The notes: generated by a model from the sequence alone, not told the origin. A DNA stretch of 64,000 nt from Acidobacteriota bacterium (GCA_963664705.1 OY761556.1:2272001-2336000); one strand, 5' to 3'. Positions 8,867 through 18,230 are shown, counted from the stretch's first letter. Translations and numbers: made by a program.

Positions 8867-9280
8867 GGTTTGACATTAAGCAAGTTAAACGGTTCTGTCA
8901 ATTGACGATTGACAAAACTGAGAGCTCGATAATCCGATCGGGCGGGCGGCGCCCCCATATCATCTCCGATCAAACACTGGATTACAGTAGAGCCGGTAGG
9001 ATAGTTCCGGCCAATATCCGTTTCTTGAGAGGCCTTGTCGCTTGAATTTGACCCGGCGGAATCCAGTGCGCGAGCAGGATGCTCCCGATCCTACCGTGGT
9101 AAGCGGCCGTGAATTTTCGCGAATTGATGCACTGGAATCGCCGGCAAGAGCGCAGCAACTTCCATGACAGATCTGTCCGCCTGTTCCGTTTTGGTGGACA
9201 AAAGATGCCGTCAAAATTTACAGTGTACAATTGAATCCTGATTGGAGCCGTTATTCCATCGCAAATATCCGGGAGGTCCT

Positions 9281-9922
9281 ATGAAACAAATCCGCACTTC
9301 TCTTTGCCTCGGCGCTTTTCTGCTGGCAAGTACTCTTTGCGCCATGGCGCAGGACATCATCAAGCTCCCCGCTCCGAAAACAGAGGGGGGCATGCCACTG
9401 ATGCAGGCTTTGAAGGAACGCCAATCACGTCGGGAATTCAGTACGCAGAAACTGCCGCTCCCGGTTCTTTCCAACCTGCTGTGGGCAGCCTGGGGTGTAA
9501 ATCGCCCGGATGGGCATCGCACCGCGCCATCTGCCCGGAATTCCCAGGAAATGGACGTTTATGTTGCGATGAGCGACGGGCTTTTTCTCTATGAGCCCAA
9601 AGAGCATCAACTGAAAAAGATATTGAGCGAGGATATCCGTGCGGCGACCGGCGTGAACGATTATGTCAAAGATGCCGCACTCAACCTGGTATACGTTGCA
9701 GACCTTACGCGTGGGAATCTGAAGGAACCGGATGCAATCGAATTCTATTCAGGAGCGGATACTTCCTTTCTTGCGCAAAATGTCTATCTGTTCTGCGCAT
9801 CCGAAGGCCTCTCCGTGGTAGTGCGAGGCGCCATTGATCGGCCGGCACTGGCCAAGAAGATGAAACTCCGGCCGGATCAGAAGATCACGCTGTCGCAATC
9901 GGTCGGCTACCCCAAGAAGTAA
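9281..9922 (+). CDS. SagB/ThcOx-type nitroreductase family protein with signal peptide
   Basis: GGAGG RBS at 9272. Motifs ALKERQSRREF, LSNLLWAA, RTAPSA, AQNVYLFCASEGL. Confidence 0.88.
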   Translation: MKQIRTSLCLGAFLLASTLCAMAQDIIKLPAPKTEGGMPLMQALKERQSRREFSTQKLPLPVLSNLLWAAWGVNRPDGHRTAPSARNSQEMDVYVAMSDGLFLYEPKEHQLKKILSEDIRAATGVNDYVKDAALNLVYVADLTRGNLKEPDAIEFYSGADTSFLAQNVYLFCASEGLSVVVRGAIDRPALAKKMKLRPDQKITLSQSVGYPKK

Positions 9923-9999
9923 TCGGGCGGGAGGGTCGCGGTCCATATATCCCGTGGCCCTCCCGCAATTCGATTTTCTCAACGGTCTCAAACTGGCGA

Positions 10000-10725
10000 T
10001 TACGGCTCATCGCCAGGTACCATGGCATTGCAGCGGTGAGCACTGGCTCCCAGCTCAAAAATGCGGACCAACACCGTCTCCACCATTCGATTGCAGCGCG
10101 GCTTTTCAAAGCTGTATACCTGCTGCCGCGTGATGCCGGCGCGGGCGTACAGGTCTTTTCTCATCAAAGCCCGCGCACGATGCAGCCTGGTTTTGACCGA
10201 TTCCTCGGAAATGGAGAGACACTCGGCTGTTTCTGCGGTGTCCAGGCCTTCCACCTCCCTCAATACAAAGACGCTCCGGTAGTGTTCCGGCAAATCGTCT
10301 ACGGCTGTCTCGAGCAGATTTTTGAGTTCATCGTTGAGAGCCTCCTTTTCAGGAGATTTATCTGCTGTGCCGAGCATACGTTTTCCTTTCTCCGACTCGG
10401 CGAATGTTTCTATATCGACAAACCGGGATCGCCGTCGAAGCCGGGCAAGAGCTTCGTGGACCGCAATGCGCGTCAGCCATGTCGAAAATTTTGACTTACC
10501 CGCAAATTGAGCCAGATGCGTATAAGCGAGAAAATAGGTTTCCTGCATGACCTGCTCGGCCTCCATCTCGTCGTGGATAATGGCACGCGCAGTGCGGTAC
10601 AGGCGCTGGTTGTATCGGCGCATGATGATTTCAAACATCTCGGTCTGACCGGCCAGAACCTTTTCGAGGACCTCGGAATCCGTCATAGAAGAGTTAATGG
10701 ATTCGCCCAGCATCGCATTGGACAT
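10000..10725 (-). CDS. ECF-type RNA polymerase sigma-70 factor
   Basis: Sigma2 (RRYNQRLYRTAR..EAEQVMQETY..FSTWLTRIA) and sigma4 (LPEHYRSVFVLREVEGL..TVKT-like SVKTRLHRAR). Confidence 0.92.
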   Translation of the reverse strand: MSNAMLGESINSSMTDSEVLEKVLAGQTEMFEIIMRRYNQRLYRTARAIIHDEMEAEQVMQETYFLAYTHLAQFAGKSKFSTWLTRIAVHEALARLRRRSRFVDIETFAESEKGKRMLGTADKSPEKEALNDELKNLLETAVDDLPEHYRSVFVLREVEGLDTAETAECLSISEESVKTRLHRARALMRKDLYARAGITRQQVYSFEKPRCNRMVETVLVRIFELGASAHRCNAMVPGDEP

Positions 10726-10831
10726 GTTTCACCTTCCCTGCCTATTGGAGCAGTCTCCTGAAAAAAGGTTACAGCGATTTGCTGCTGTAACCAAATACCG
10801 CCGGGTTTCTCTGTTTCAGCGGAGGTGGAAA

Positions 10832-11278
10832 ATGAATCGTTTCGAAACCAAAATGACTGCAGCCTGGTGGGCATTGCGCATCGGATTGGGCTCTGCCGCA
10901 TTCCTCGCCGGATTGGACAAGTTCTTCAACCTGCTGGCCAACTGGGAGGCCTATCTGAGCCCCCTGGCCATAAAAATGCTGCCGGTCAGCGGTGCGGTAT
11001 TCATGCACGCGGTCGGTATTATTGAAATGGCCGTGGGACTTTTGATCCTGACTCGTTGGACCAGGACAGGAAGCTATGTCGCAATGATTTGGCTTTCGGC
11101 AATTGCGCTAAATCTGCTGACAACCGGCAGATACTTTGACATCGCGGTTCGGGATCTGGAGATGGCCATCGCCGCATTTACACTCGGCCGTCTGACTGAA
11201 GCGCTCCGTCCGGCGGAAGCTGCGGACCCTGGAGTGACGAGAATCCCGGACGTCCCCGGTCATCATGCGAGAGCATAA
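10832..11278 (+). CDS. DoxX family membrane protein
   Basis: GGAGG RBS. LRIGLG..AGLDKFFNLL..W, GIIEMAVG, YFDIAVRD; 4 TM helices; divergent from the ECF sigma. Confidence 0.8.
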   Translation: MNRFETKMTAAWWALRIGLGSAAFLAGLDKFFNLLANWEAYLSPLAIKMLPVSGAVFMHAVGIIEMAVGLLILTRWTRTGSYVAMIWLSAIALNLLTTGRYFDIAVRDLEMAIAAFTLGRLTEALRPAEAADPGVTRIPDVPGHHARA

Positions 11279-11284
11279 TCTACT

Positions 11285-11358
11285 GGGAGCGCCCGTCCCG
11301 GCGGTATCAGCGGCCATGGAAATAGCCGCGCGCTTGCCGGCGAGGCGCTGGCGCTCCC
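11285..11358. repeat. REP-like long hairpin GGGAGCGCC...GGCGCTCCC
   Basis: Outer 9-bp perfect inverted repeat with inner CCGGC/GCCGG pairing; related half-sites near 13457, 32367 and 47948. Confidence 0.65.
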
Positions 11359-11440
11359 TGAGGTCCCGGCACCATATTGCGCTTCATCGCCAATCCAAAT
11401 GTCTATTCCTATTTTCTCCAGGTCACGCCATAATGGATGA

Positions 11441-12286
11441 ATGTTTAGAAGACAGAAAAGCGGTTCGGTTCTTTGCCCATCCTGTGGAAAATTGGTCGGA
11501 GTCCAGGATGATATATGCCTGAATTGCGGACGAAAAAATCCCGGATTATGGGGATTCGGCTCGGCAATTCGGCATCTGGGGAATTTTGGATTCTCATCGG
11601 TTGTAACCTGGGGATGCGCCATCCTGTACCTTGCCACGCTGATCATTGACCCGCGCGGTATTGGGATGAATGGGATGTCGATTCTCTCCCCCAGCAGCCG
11701 CAGCGTTTTGCTGTTTGGGGCCAGCGGCGCCATTCCGGTCTTTGTATTGGGCCGCTGGTGGACGGTCCTCAGCGCGGCGTGGCTCCACGGGAACCTGCTG
11801 CATGTGTTCTTCAACATGCTCTGGATACGGCAACTTGCACCGGCGGCTTCGGATTTGTACGGATCATCACGCACCGTCATCATCTATACGGCAGCCTCTA
11901 TTACTGGTTTTTTCCTAAGCAGTTGGGCCGGATATGTTTTCGCCGGGTCCCCGCTTTTCTTCCTGAGGGGGGCGGCGATTACCATTGGGGCATCCGCACC
12001 GATTTTCGGGCTGCTCGGAGCCCTGGTGGCATATGGGCGACGCACCGGCAGCAGTCATATCGGCGGCCAGGCCATGTACTATGCCGTGATCCTTTTCGTC
12101 TTCGGATTCATCATGCCGAACGTTGATAACTACGCCCACCTCGGGGGATTCCTGGGTGGCTATGGAACCGCATGGTTACTGGATCCGCTGCGTCCCGAAC
12201 GCGTGAATCACATGGTCATTGCCGGGTTGTGTATTGCAGCCACAGCGCTCTCGGTAATTGCGTCCGTGGTAATGGCCTATGTATAA
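11441..12286 (+). CDS. Rhomboid family intramembrane serine protease with N-terminal zinc ribbon
   Basis: CPSC..CLNC, WLHGNLLHVFFNM, catalytic GASA, and AHLGGFLGG. Confidence 0.92.
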   Translation: MFRRQKSGSVLCPSCGKLVGVQDDICLNCGRKNPGLWGFGSAIRHLGNFGFSSVVTWGCAILYLATLIIDPRGIGMNGMSILSPSSRSVLLFGASGAIPVFVLGRWWTVLSAAWLHGNLLHVFFNMLWIRQLAPAASDLYGSSRTVIIYTAASITGFFLSSWAGYVFAGSPLFFLRGAAITIGASAPIFGLLGALVAYGRRTGSSHIGGQAMYYAVILFVFGFIMPNVDNYAHLGGFLGGYGTAWLLDPLRPERVNHMVIAGLCIAATALSVIASVVMAYV

Positions 12287-12331
12287 TTCGGTTTTCTGTG
12301 GATTTTGGAGAGAGGGTTAGCGCTTTTCCGG

Positions 12332-13369
12332 CTAGCCGCCGAGACTGATCATCTCAATCTTTCTGCGCGACCCGGGTTGGTATTCCCCGGAATTCATGGC
12401 TTCGAGTCTTTCCTCGGAATATCGATTTGTCCTCGCCTGCCAGGCCGAGCGTATCGCTTCCACCAGATCCTCATCCGAGGCGCCTGACCGCATCATTTTC
12501 TTCAGGTCATGGCTTTGATCGGCAAAGAGGCACAATACCAGCTTTCCATCGGCGGTCAACCGGGCGCGCGTGCATCCGCGGCAGAAGGGCTCGGTTATGG
12601 ATGCAATCACCCCAACGTTCCCCGCTCCATCCAGGAATCGATAATTGACAGCCGGCGCGCTCATATCGTTTCGCCCGGCCTCTTCAATTGGAAATTTAGC
12701 GTGGATCCGGTCAATGATCTCCTTCTTGGAAACCATTCTCTCCGATACCCAGTTGTTTGAATTCCCCACATCCATATATTCGATGAACCGGACCGAATAG
12801 CCGTTGTTGCGGGAGAAATCAACCATATCAATGATATCCGACTCATTGATTCCGCGCTCGACCACAGAGTTGATCTTTATCGGCCTCAGGCCGTGGAGCG
12901 CTGCGGCGGAGAGTCCTTCGAGAACATTGGCCAGATCGTCGCGGCGGGTCATCATGCGGAATTTGTCCGGGTTGATCGTATCCAAGCTGACGTTGATCCG
13001 CTGCAATCCAGCCTGCGCCAGCAGGGCTGCCTTTTCCTTCAGCAGGGATGCGTTCGTGGTCAGGGAAAGATCCTTGAGCCCGTCCAGTTGGGCCAGTTGG
13101 GCGATCAGGTTCTCCACGCCATGGCGCAGCAGCGGTTCACCGCCGGTAATTCGTATTTCCTCAACGCCAAGCCGGACAAACAGATTAGCCAGACGCGTAA
13201 TCTCTTCAAATGAAAGGATTTCTTTCCGGTCGATCCATTCGTACTGGTCCAGTGGCATGCAATAGCGACAGCGGAAGTTGCAGCGGTCCGTTACTGAAAT
13301 GCGTAGATCCTTTACGGGACGATCCAGCGCATCCCTTAATCCTGCCCTCGCCCCGTCCGGATGTTCCAT
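12332..13369 (-). CDS. moaA: GTP 3',8-cyclase (molybdenum cofactor biosynthesis)
   Basis: LRISVTDRCNFRCRYCMP, C-terminal FCRGCTRARLTADG..LCL, terminal MISLGG. Confidence 0.96.
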   Translation of the reverse strand: MEHPDGARAGLRDALDRPVKDLRISVTDRCNFRCRYCMPLDQYEWIDRKEILSFEEITRLANLFVRLGVEEIRITGGEPLLRHGVENLIAQLAQLDGLKDLSLTTNASLLKEKAALLAQAGLQRINVSLDTINPDKFRMMTRRDDLANVLEGLSAAALHGLRPIKINSVVERGINESDIIDMVDFSRNNGYSVRFIEYMDVGNSNNWVSERMVSKKEIIDRIHAKFPIEEAGRNDMSAPAVNYRFLDGAGNVGVIASITEPFCRGCTRARLTADGKLVLCLFADQSHDLKKMMRSGASDEDLVEAIRSAWQARTNRYSEERLEAMNSGEYQPGSRRKIEMISLGG

Positions 13370-13588
13370 CTACTTCACAACCTCGCCATGCTTCTATTCA
13401 CTGGACCCATCATAACATAGGCATCGTAGGCTGTCAGCCAGTTCGAGATGCCCGGTTGGGAGCCTCTCTGCCCGGAACCCTCTGCCGCGGCGTTTTGAAC
13501 TCAAACATGACCGGCAGGCCAAAATTTGCATTCACGCGAGCTTTATTTTGTAATTCCGCATCTCTTCTTCTATTATCATGCGTCATTT

Positions 13589-14290
13589 ATGAACTTCAGG
13601 TTTAAGGGATATCTTAAGGAAACACGACGGCCCATTTACTCGGCGGCTTTGATCCTGCCATTCCTGTGCGTATACCATGTTGGCACGGTTCTGCTCCATA
13701 CCACCTATATCAACGGCGCGGATGCACTGATCATCCGGATCCTCAGCTCGTTGTCCGTTCACTCTATGTTCGGATCAGCGCTGGTTCTGGCTGTTTCCTT
13801 TACAATCTGGCAATTGAAGACCCGGGCAAGCTGGAAGGTTAAATCGGGAATCCTGCTGGTTTCGCTTCTGGAAAGCCTCTGTTTTGCCCTGATCCTGCTG
13901 TTTTCGTTTGGCTGGATGACCACACATTTAAGCATGTCCGCAGCCCCACGCAAATCCGGGCTGGCCAATCTGGTCTTGTACTGCGGAGCCGGCGTATATG
14001 AAGAGCTTGTTTTCAGAGCCTTTCTCTTGGGAATACTTATCGCGGGTTTCATGTTTTTCTTCCAGGTCAAACGACCTGTGGCCGCGACCTGTGCCGCAAT
14101 CATGGGTGCGCTGCTTTTTGCACTTTTTCACTATATAGGGCCCTCGGGCGATTCTTTTACGCTCAGCAGTTTTACACAGCGGACCATTGCCGGGCTGTTT
14201 TTCTCCGTTCTGTATGTCACGAGGGGCTTCGGCATAACGGCTGCCTCCCACGCCATCTATGACATTCTGGTCGGAATCATTCTTGCCTGA
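13589..14290 (+). CDS. CPBP (Abi/CAAX) family intramembrane glutamic endopeptidase
   Basis: AGVYEELVFR, FALFHY, RGFGITAASHAIYD; multiple TM helices. Confidence 0.87.
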   Translation: MNFRFKGYLKETRRPIYSAALILPFLCVYHVGTVLLHTTYINGADALIIRILSSLSVHSMFGSALVLAVSFTIWQLKTRASWKVKSGILLVSLLESLCFALILLFSFGWMTTHLSMSAAPRKSGLANLVLYCGAGVYEELVFRAFLLGILIAGFMFFFQVKRPVAATCAAIMGALLFALFHYIGPSGDSFTLSSFTQRTIAGLFFSVLYVTRGFGITAASHAIYDILVGIILA

Positions 14291-14313
14291 TCGATTGAGT
14301 CAAAAGGATTTCT

Positions 14314-14985
14314 ATGTCTCCTGTAATCACGCACATCATCTATGATAATGACGGCCTCCTTCTCGATACGGAGCCCTTTTATACCAAAGCCCATGAGATC
14401 ATCTGCTCCAGGTATGGAAAGGTCTTTGACTGGACGATAAAGGCGAAAATGATCGGGCTGCGCGCCGAGGATTCTGCAAACATACTGATTACTTCCCTGC
14501 AATTGCCTCTGTCGGTCCCGGATTACCTTGAAACCCGCAAGCATCTCCTCGCGGAGATGTTTCCTCAATCCGACGCCTTGCCCGGAGCCGAAAAACTGAC
14601 CCGGCACTTGCACCATGCCGGCATTCCTCAGGCAGTGGCCACCAGTTCAGACCGGTTTAATTTTGATTTGAAAATCACGCGTCACCAGGAGTGGTTCCGC
14701 ATATTTCAGCTCGTCGTCACCGGGGATGACCCGGAAATCAAACGGGGCAAACCAGACCCGGATATCTTTCTTTTGGCTGCCGAACGGATGAAAGCCACTC
14801 CGGCCCGGTGCCTGGTGTTTGAGGATTCGCCGGCAGGTATCGATGCGGCAAAGGCGGCCGGCATGTTTGCCGTGGCTGTGCCGGATCCACATATGGCCGA
14901 CAGTGCCTACCCGCATGCGGACCAGTTGATCCGCGACTTGAATGACATCGATCTCGCTTCCTGGGGATTGCCGATATTCGAATGA
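14314..14985 (+). CDS. HAD-IA family phosphatase (pseudouridine-5'-phosphatase/GPP-like)
   Basis: DNDGLLLDTE, VATSS, GKPDPDIFL, VFEDSPAG. Confidence 0.9.
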   Translation: MSPVITHIIYDNDGLLLDTEPFYTKAHEIICSRYGKVFDWTIKAKMIGLRAEDSANILITSLQLPLSVPDYLETRKHLLAEMFPQSDALPGAEKLTRHLHHAGIPQAVATSSDRFNFDLKITRHQEWFRIFQLVVTGDDPEIKRGKPDPDIFLLAAERMKATPARCLVFEDSPAGIDAAKAAGMFAVAVPDPHMADSAYPHADQLIRDLNDIDLASWGLPIFE

Positions 14986-15008
14986 CGAATCGCGAATGGC
15001 GTGGTTTG

Positions 15009-15431
15009 CTATTCGCCGATGAGTTTGATCATGATGCGTTTTCTGCGGCCGCCGTCAAACTCGCCGTAAAAGATCTGCTCCCATGGTCCGAAATCCAATT
15101 TGCCATTGGTGATGGCGACGACGACCTCGCGACCCATGATCTGCCTTTTGTGATGAGCGTCGCCGTTGTCTTCGCCGGTTCGGTTGTGATGGTATCGCTG
15201 CGGGCTGGGATCAAAAGGAGCCAGGGCTTCAAGCCAGCGAGCATAATCTTCATGCAGTCCAGGCTCATCGTCATTGATGAAAACGCTTGCCGTAATATGC
15301 ATTGCATTGACAAGTGCCAGGCCCTCCTTGATGCCGCTGTCCCGGAGCGCCTCCTGCACATGTCCCGTGATATTTAAAAACGCCATGCGCGTAGGCAGGT
15401 TGACCTCGATCACTTTGCGATAACTCTTCAT
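15009..15431 (-). CDS. yjbQ: YjbQ/UPF0047 family protein (secondary thiamine-phosphate synthase)
   Basis: [41 protein letters not shown] 15431 preceded by a GAGGTGG RBS. Confidence 0.92.
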   Translation of the reverse strand: MKSYRKVIEVNLPTRMAFLNITGHVQEALRDSGIKEGLALVNAMHITASVFINDDEPGLHEDYARWLEALAPFDPSPQRYHHNRTGEDNGDAHHKRQIMGREVVVAITNGKLDFGPWEQIFYGEFDGGRRKRIMIKLIGE

Positions 15432-15513
15432 TTTCCACCTCGCTGCAAAAACCAGACGGTCTCCATTATAGCGGGCCTGTAGTAAAAAAAATCGGAAGCT
15501 TTGTGCCATTCGT

Positions 15514-15572
15514 GGCAATTGGTGGCTGCTTTTTGGCGACGAAGCTAAAGCAAGCCTGCAATCCGCTCCGCG
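15514..15572. repeat. Left copy of a perfect 59-bp direct repeat (apparent target duplication)
   Basis: GGCAATTGGTGGCTGCTTTTTGGCGACGAAGCTAAAGCAAGCCTGCAATCCGCTCCGCG, identical to 17112-17170. Confidence 0.95.
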
Positions 15573-17111
15573 AGAAAATCTGGAAAAATCTGAAAAAATC
15601 TGGACACCCACAAAAAATCTGGACACCCACTATTTTTGAATATTTCTTCGCTCAATTCCCATGGTTCGCCATTAGTAACTATGCAAGGAGGCAAACCATG
15701 GGATTGGCAAGAAACAACTATGTCATCGAAGGGGAGGAAGGTGTTTATCACTGCATCAGCCGATGCGTCCGCAGAGCTTATCTTTGCGGATATGACCCGC
15801 TTAGCGGCCGGGACTTCTCCCATCGAAAAAAATGGATTCTCGATCGCTTGAAACATCTTGCCGGCATCTTCGCCATCGACGTATGCGCTTACGCCATCAT
15901 GGAAAACCACGTGCATTCCATCTTGCGCACTCGACCCGACATTCTTCGCTCCTGGTCTGATTCCGATGTCGCCGCTCGCTGGCTTGAGCTCTGCCCCAGG
16001 AAACCTCGCATCTGCAAACAACCCATTCCTTCTCTAGATAAACAGATCCAGGCATTAATCGATTGTCCGGAACGTATTGCTGTTCTGCGCAAGCGGCTGG
16101 GCAGCCTGAGTTGGTTCATGTCCAAATTCAATGAATTCATCGCGCGTAAGGCCAACAACGAAGACAAGGTCAAGCGCCGCTTCTGGGAATCCCGCTTCAA
16201 ATGCCAGGCACTCCTGGATCTCTTCGCTATTGTAGCCTGCATGGTCTATGTTGATCTGAATCTGGTCCGGACCGGCATTGCTCCCACTCCCGAGGACAGT
16301 GACTTCACTAGCATCCAGGAGCGTATCCGCGCCTGGCATTGCCAAACCTTAGCCCAGCAACCGGCCTCTCAACCCGGTGATTCGGATCCGGCTTCCGATC
16401 ACTCTCCTCTCGAAACCGCTTCCGACAGCTGGCTTTCTCCTATTCAGTCAACCCCCAGCCGACGGGGCATTCTCGACATAACCGCAGCTGAATATTTTGA
16501 TCTGGTCGACCAATCGGGACGCATGATTCGCTCTGATAAGCCCGGCTTCATCGACGCCCGCCTTGCCCCTATCCTGAATCGCATCGGAGCCGTTCCCAAG
16601 GGATGGAGGGAAAGCGTATCGCATTTTGGTTCCACATTCCTGCTAGCCGCCGGCAGTCTGACTCACATGCGTGAATTCGCGGCCCGGTTCAACCGACATT
16701 GGTTCAAGGGTTTGTCAGCCGCTCGAGCGGCTTTCATATAACCTTAAGGATAATCACATTCCAGATCAATAGGATCTGATCTAACCCAATCTACGCATCT
16801 CTTCTAGATTCCGTGATTCCTCCTCGCAATAATTTTGTCCGCCCGACTCCAGCAGAATAGCCAAGCCGGTCACAAGACCGTACTCCAACTTGTCGTAATG
16901 GTCCCTAAAGTGCCGGTCGCCCGATCGATGTCTTGCCTTCGTAGCAGGCTTAAGAACGGGGCAAGGGAAATAACGACGGATGTCCAAGTCTTCTCCCGGT
17001 TTTTCAGGTTTTTTTCGGCATGGGGGATCATGGGGAGCCAGGAATTCGATTTTGGGCAAATCATGGGTGTCCAGGTTTAGCCAGGTTTAGATGGGTGTCC
17101 AGGTTTAGGGC
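15573..17111 (+). mobile_element. Y1 HUH-transposase element with reiterated terminal inverted repeats, flanked by 59-bp direct repeats
   Basis: CTGGACACCCA at 15600 and 15619; its reverse complement TGGGTGTCCAG at 17064 and 17092. A single transposase ORF lies between them. Confidence 0.8.
15698..16741 (+). CDS. Y1 HUH tyrosine transposase (RAYT/TnpA-REP-like)
   Basis: AGGAGG RBS. YHCISRCVRRAYLCG, HUH motif AYAIMENHVH, FWESRFK, catalytic Tyr in MVYVDLN, SDFTSIQERI. Confidence 0.9.
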   Translation: MGLARNNYVIEGEEGVYHCISRCVRRAYLCGYDPLSGRDFSHRKKWILDRLKHLAGIFAIDVCAYAIMENHVHSILRTRPDILRSWSDSDVAARWLELCPRKPRICKQPIPSLDKQIQALIDCPERIAVLRKRLGSLSWFMSKFNEFIARKANNEDKVKRRFWESRFKCQALLDLFAIVACMVYVDLNLVRTGIAPTPEDSDFTSIQERIRAWHCQTLAQQPASQPGDSDPASDHSPLETASDSWLSPIQSTPSRRGILDITAAEYFDLVDQSGRMIRSDKPGFIDARLAPILNRIGAVPKGWRESVSHFGSTFLLAAGSLTHMREFAARFNRHWFKGLSAARAAFI

Positions 17112-17170
17112 GGCAATTGGTGGCTGCTTTTTGGCGACGAAGCTAAAGCAAGCCTGCAATCCGCTCCGCG
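17112..17170. repeat. Right copy of the 59-bp direct repeat; contains the 3' end and stop codon of the glycosyltransferase gene
   Basis: Identical to 15514-15572; the minus strand encodes ...AERIAGLL*. Confidence 0.95.
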
Positions 17171-18225
17171 GCGATGCAGTCGCCGCCGGCGCTCAAATCC
17201 GATGGAGGCTCCGGCCGGCTCCAGATCGATTCCAGGCTCTCCCGAAGATTGCCCTCGTACAGCTTTTCCGCGGGAATGTGCAGATGCTTCATATACTTTC
17301 TTATGGATGCCTCGAGGATTGGATATTCGCGAAAATGACTTCGGTCGGCATAAATCAAAGGCTTCCGGTTCACGATGCAGTCGGAGAGGATGCCGAAACC
17401 TGGCTTGGATATCACCGCATCTACCGAAGCAATTGCATCCGAAAATGTCATTTGCTCGCGGCTGATGGCATGAATGTTCCTTCGATGCCATTCCAGCGGA
17501 AGAACCGTAATGAATTCGCAATCCTGAATGCGTTCCACGCGATCCAGCGTTTCTTCACTCCAATCCAGGGTCGTAAATGAAAGGAGGATCCACCTCTTGC
17601 GCTCGTCACAGCCCGTCGCCGCCGCAATTTCGGAACGGCGTGCAATGCCCGGAGAGGCAACCAGCGGAATATCCTCAATGCGTGGAAAAGCCTCCATCTC
17701 CTCGCAGAAAGGAAGACGCAACAGGAGACTCGTCTGTCTGTATTGTTCCTGGAACATTTTGACAACCGGTTCCCAGGCAGCATCACGGGGTACGAATTCC
17801 GAATAAATCCAATCCCAGCCGAAATTGCCCACAGCGATGGAAGGGATTCCCTTGCGAGCCGCAGCCTCGATCGGAATCCCAGGGATATCGGCCACCACTG
17901 CGGCAATCCGATTCGCGGTAAGGAATTCCGATTCTATTTGCACAAGCTCATTCCGCCGATGCCCAATGTGCGAGATTTTCCCAAGGGTGGCGTCGATATC
18001 CACTCGAATGGAGTCCAGTTGAACCATCCCGACATCATAAGATTCGGCGCGAATGGGATTTCGCGTCGAATCCGCCTGATTTGCGATGAAGGCGGCGGGC
18101 AACTGGCTGACGATATGGACAGTCCAATCCGGATACAGCCGGTTGATGGCCCGGATGATGCTGCAGGAGCGCACACCGTGTCCATAGCCATGCGACGTTA
18201 TGTAATAAGCGATGGAAGGAGGCAT
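17143..18225 (-). CDS. GT-B fold glycosyltransferase-like protein (L-arabinokinase N-terminal type)
   Basis: YYITSHGYGHGVRS, VVADIP, NFGWDWIY, VISKPGFG..SDC, FREYP. Confidence 0.8.
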   Translation of the reverse strand: MPPSIAYYITSHGYGHGVRSCSIIRAINRLYPDWTVHIVSQLPAAFIANQADSTRNPIRAESYDVGMVQLDSIRVDIDATLGKISHIGHRRNELVQIESEFLTANRIAAVVADIPGIPIEAAARKGIPSIAVGNFGWDWIYSEFVPRDAAWEPVVKMFQEQYRQTSLLLRLPFCEEMEAFPRIEDIPLVASPGIARRSEIAAATGCDERKRWILLSFTTLDWSEETLDRVERIQDCEFITVLPLEWHRRNIHAISREQMTFSDAIASVDAVISKPGFGILSDCIVNRKPLIYADRSHFREYPILEASIRKYMKHLHIPAEKLYEGNLRESLESIWSRPEPPSDLSAGGDCIAAERIAGLL

Positions 18226-18230
18226 TCCCG

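Noticed and set aside
8960-9230. Short minus-strand ORFs upstream of the ABC permease
   Set aside because: No RBS, motifs or recognisable family; treated as the divergent promoter region.
15573-15630. Terminal repeats as a mini-CRISPR array
   Set aside because: Units are 9-19 bp, directly adjacent without spacers, and no cas genes are present.
15503-15697. 65-aa N-terminal extension of the transposase ORF, and the extended yjbQ ORF to 15626
   Set aside because: These read through the duplicated target and terminal repeats; strong RBSs support ATG 15698 and ATG 15431.
17020-17580. ORF sharing [19 protein letters not shown] with the transposase ORF extension
   Set aside because: It is only the translation of the 59-bp direct repeat, antisense to the glycosyltransferase.
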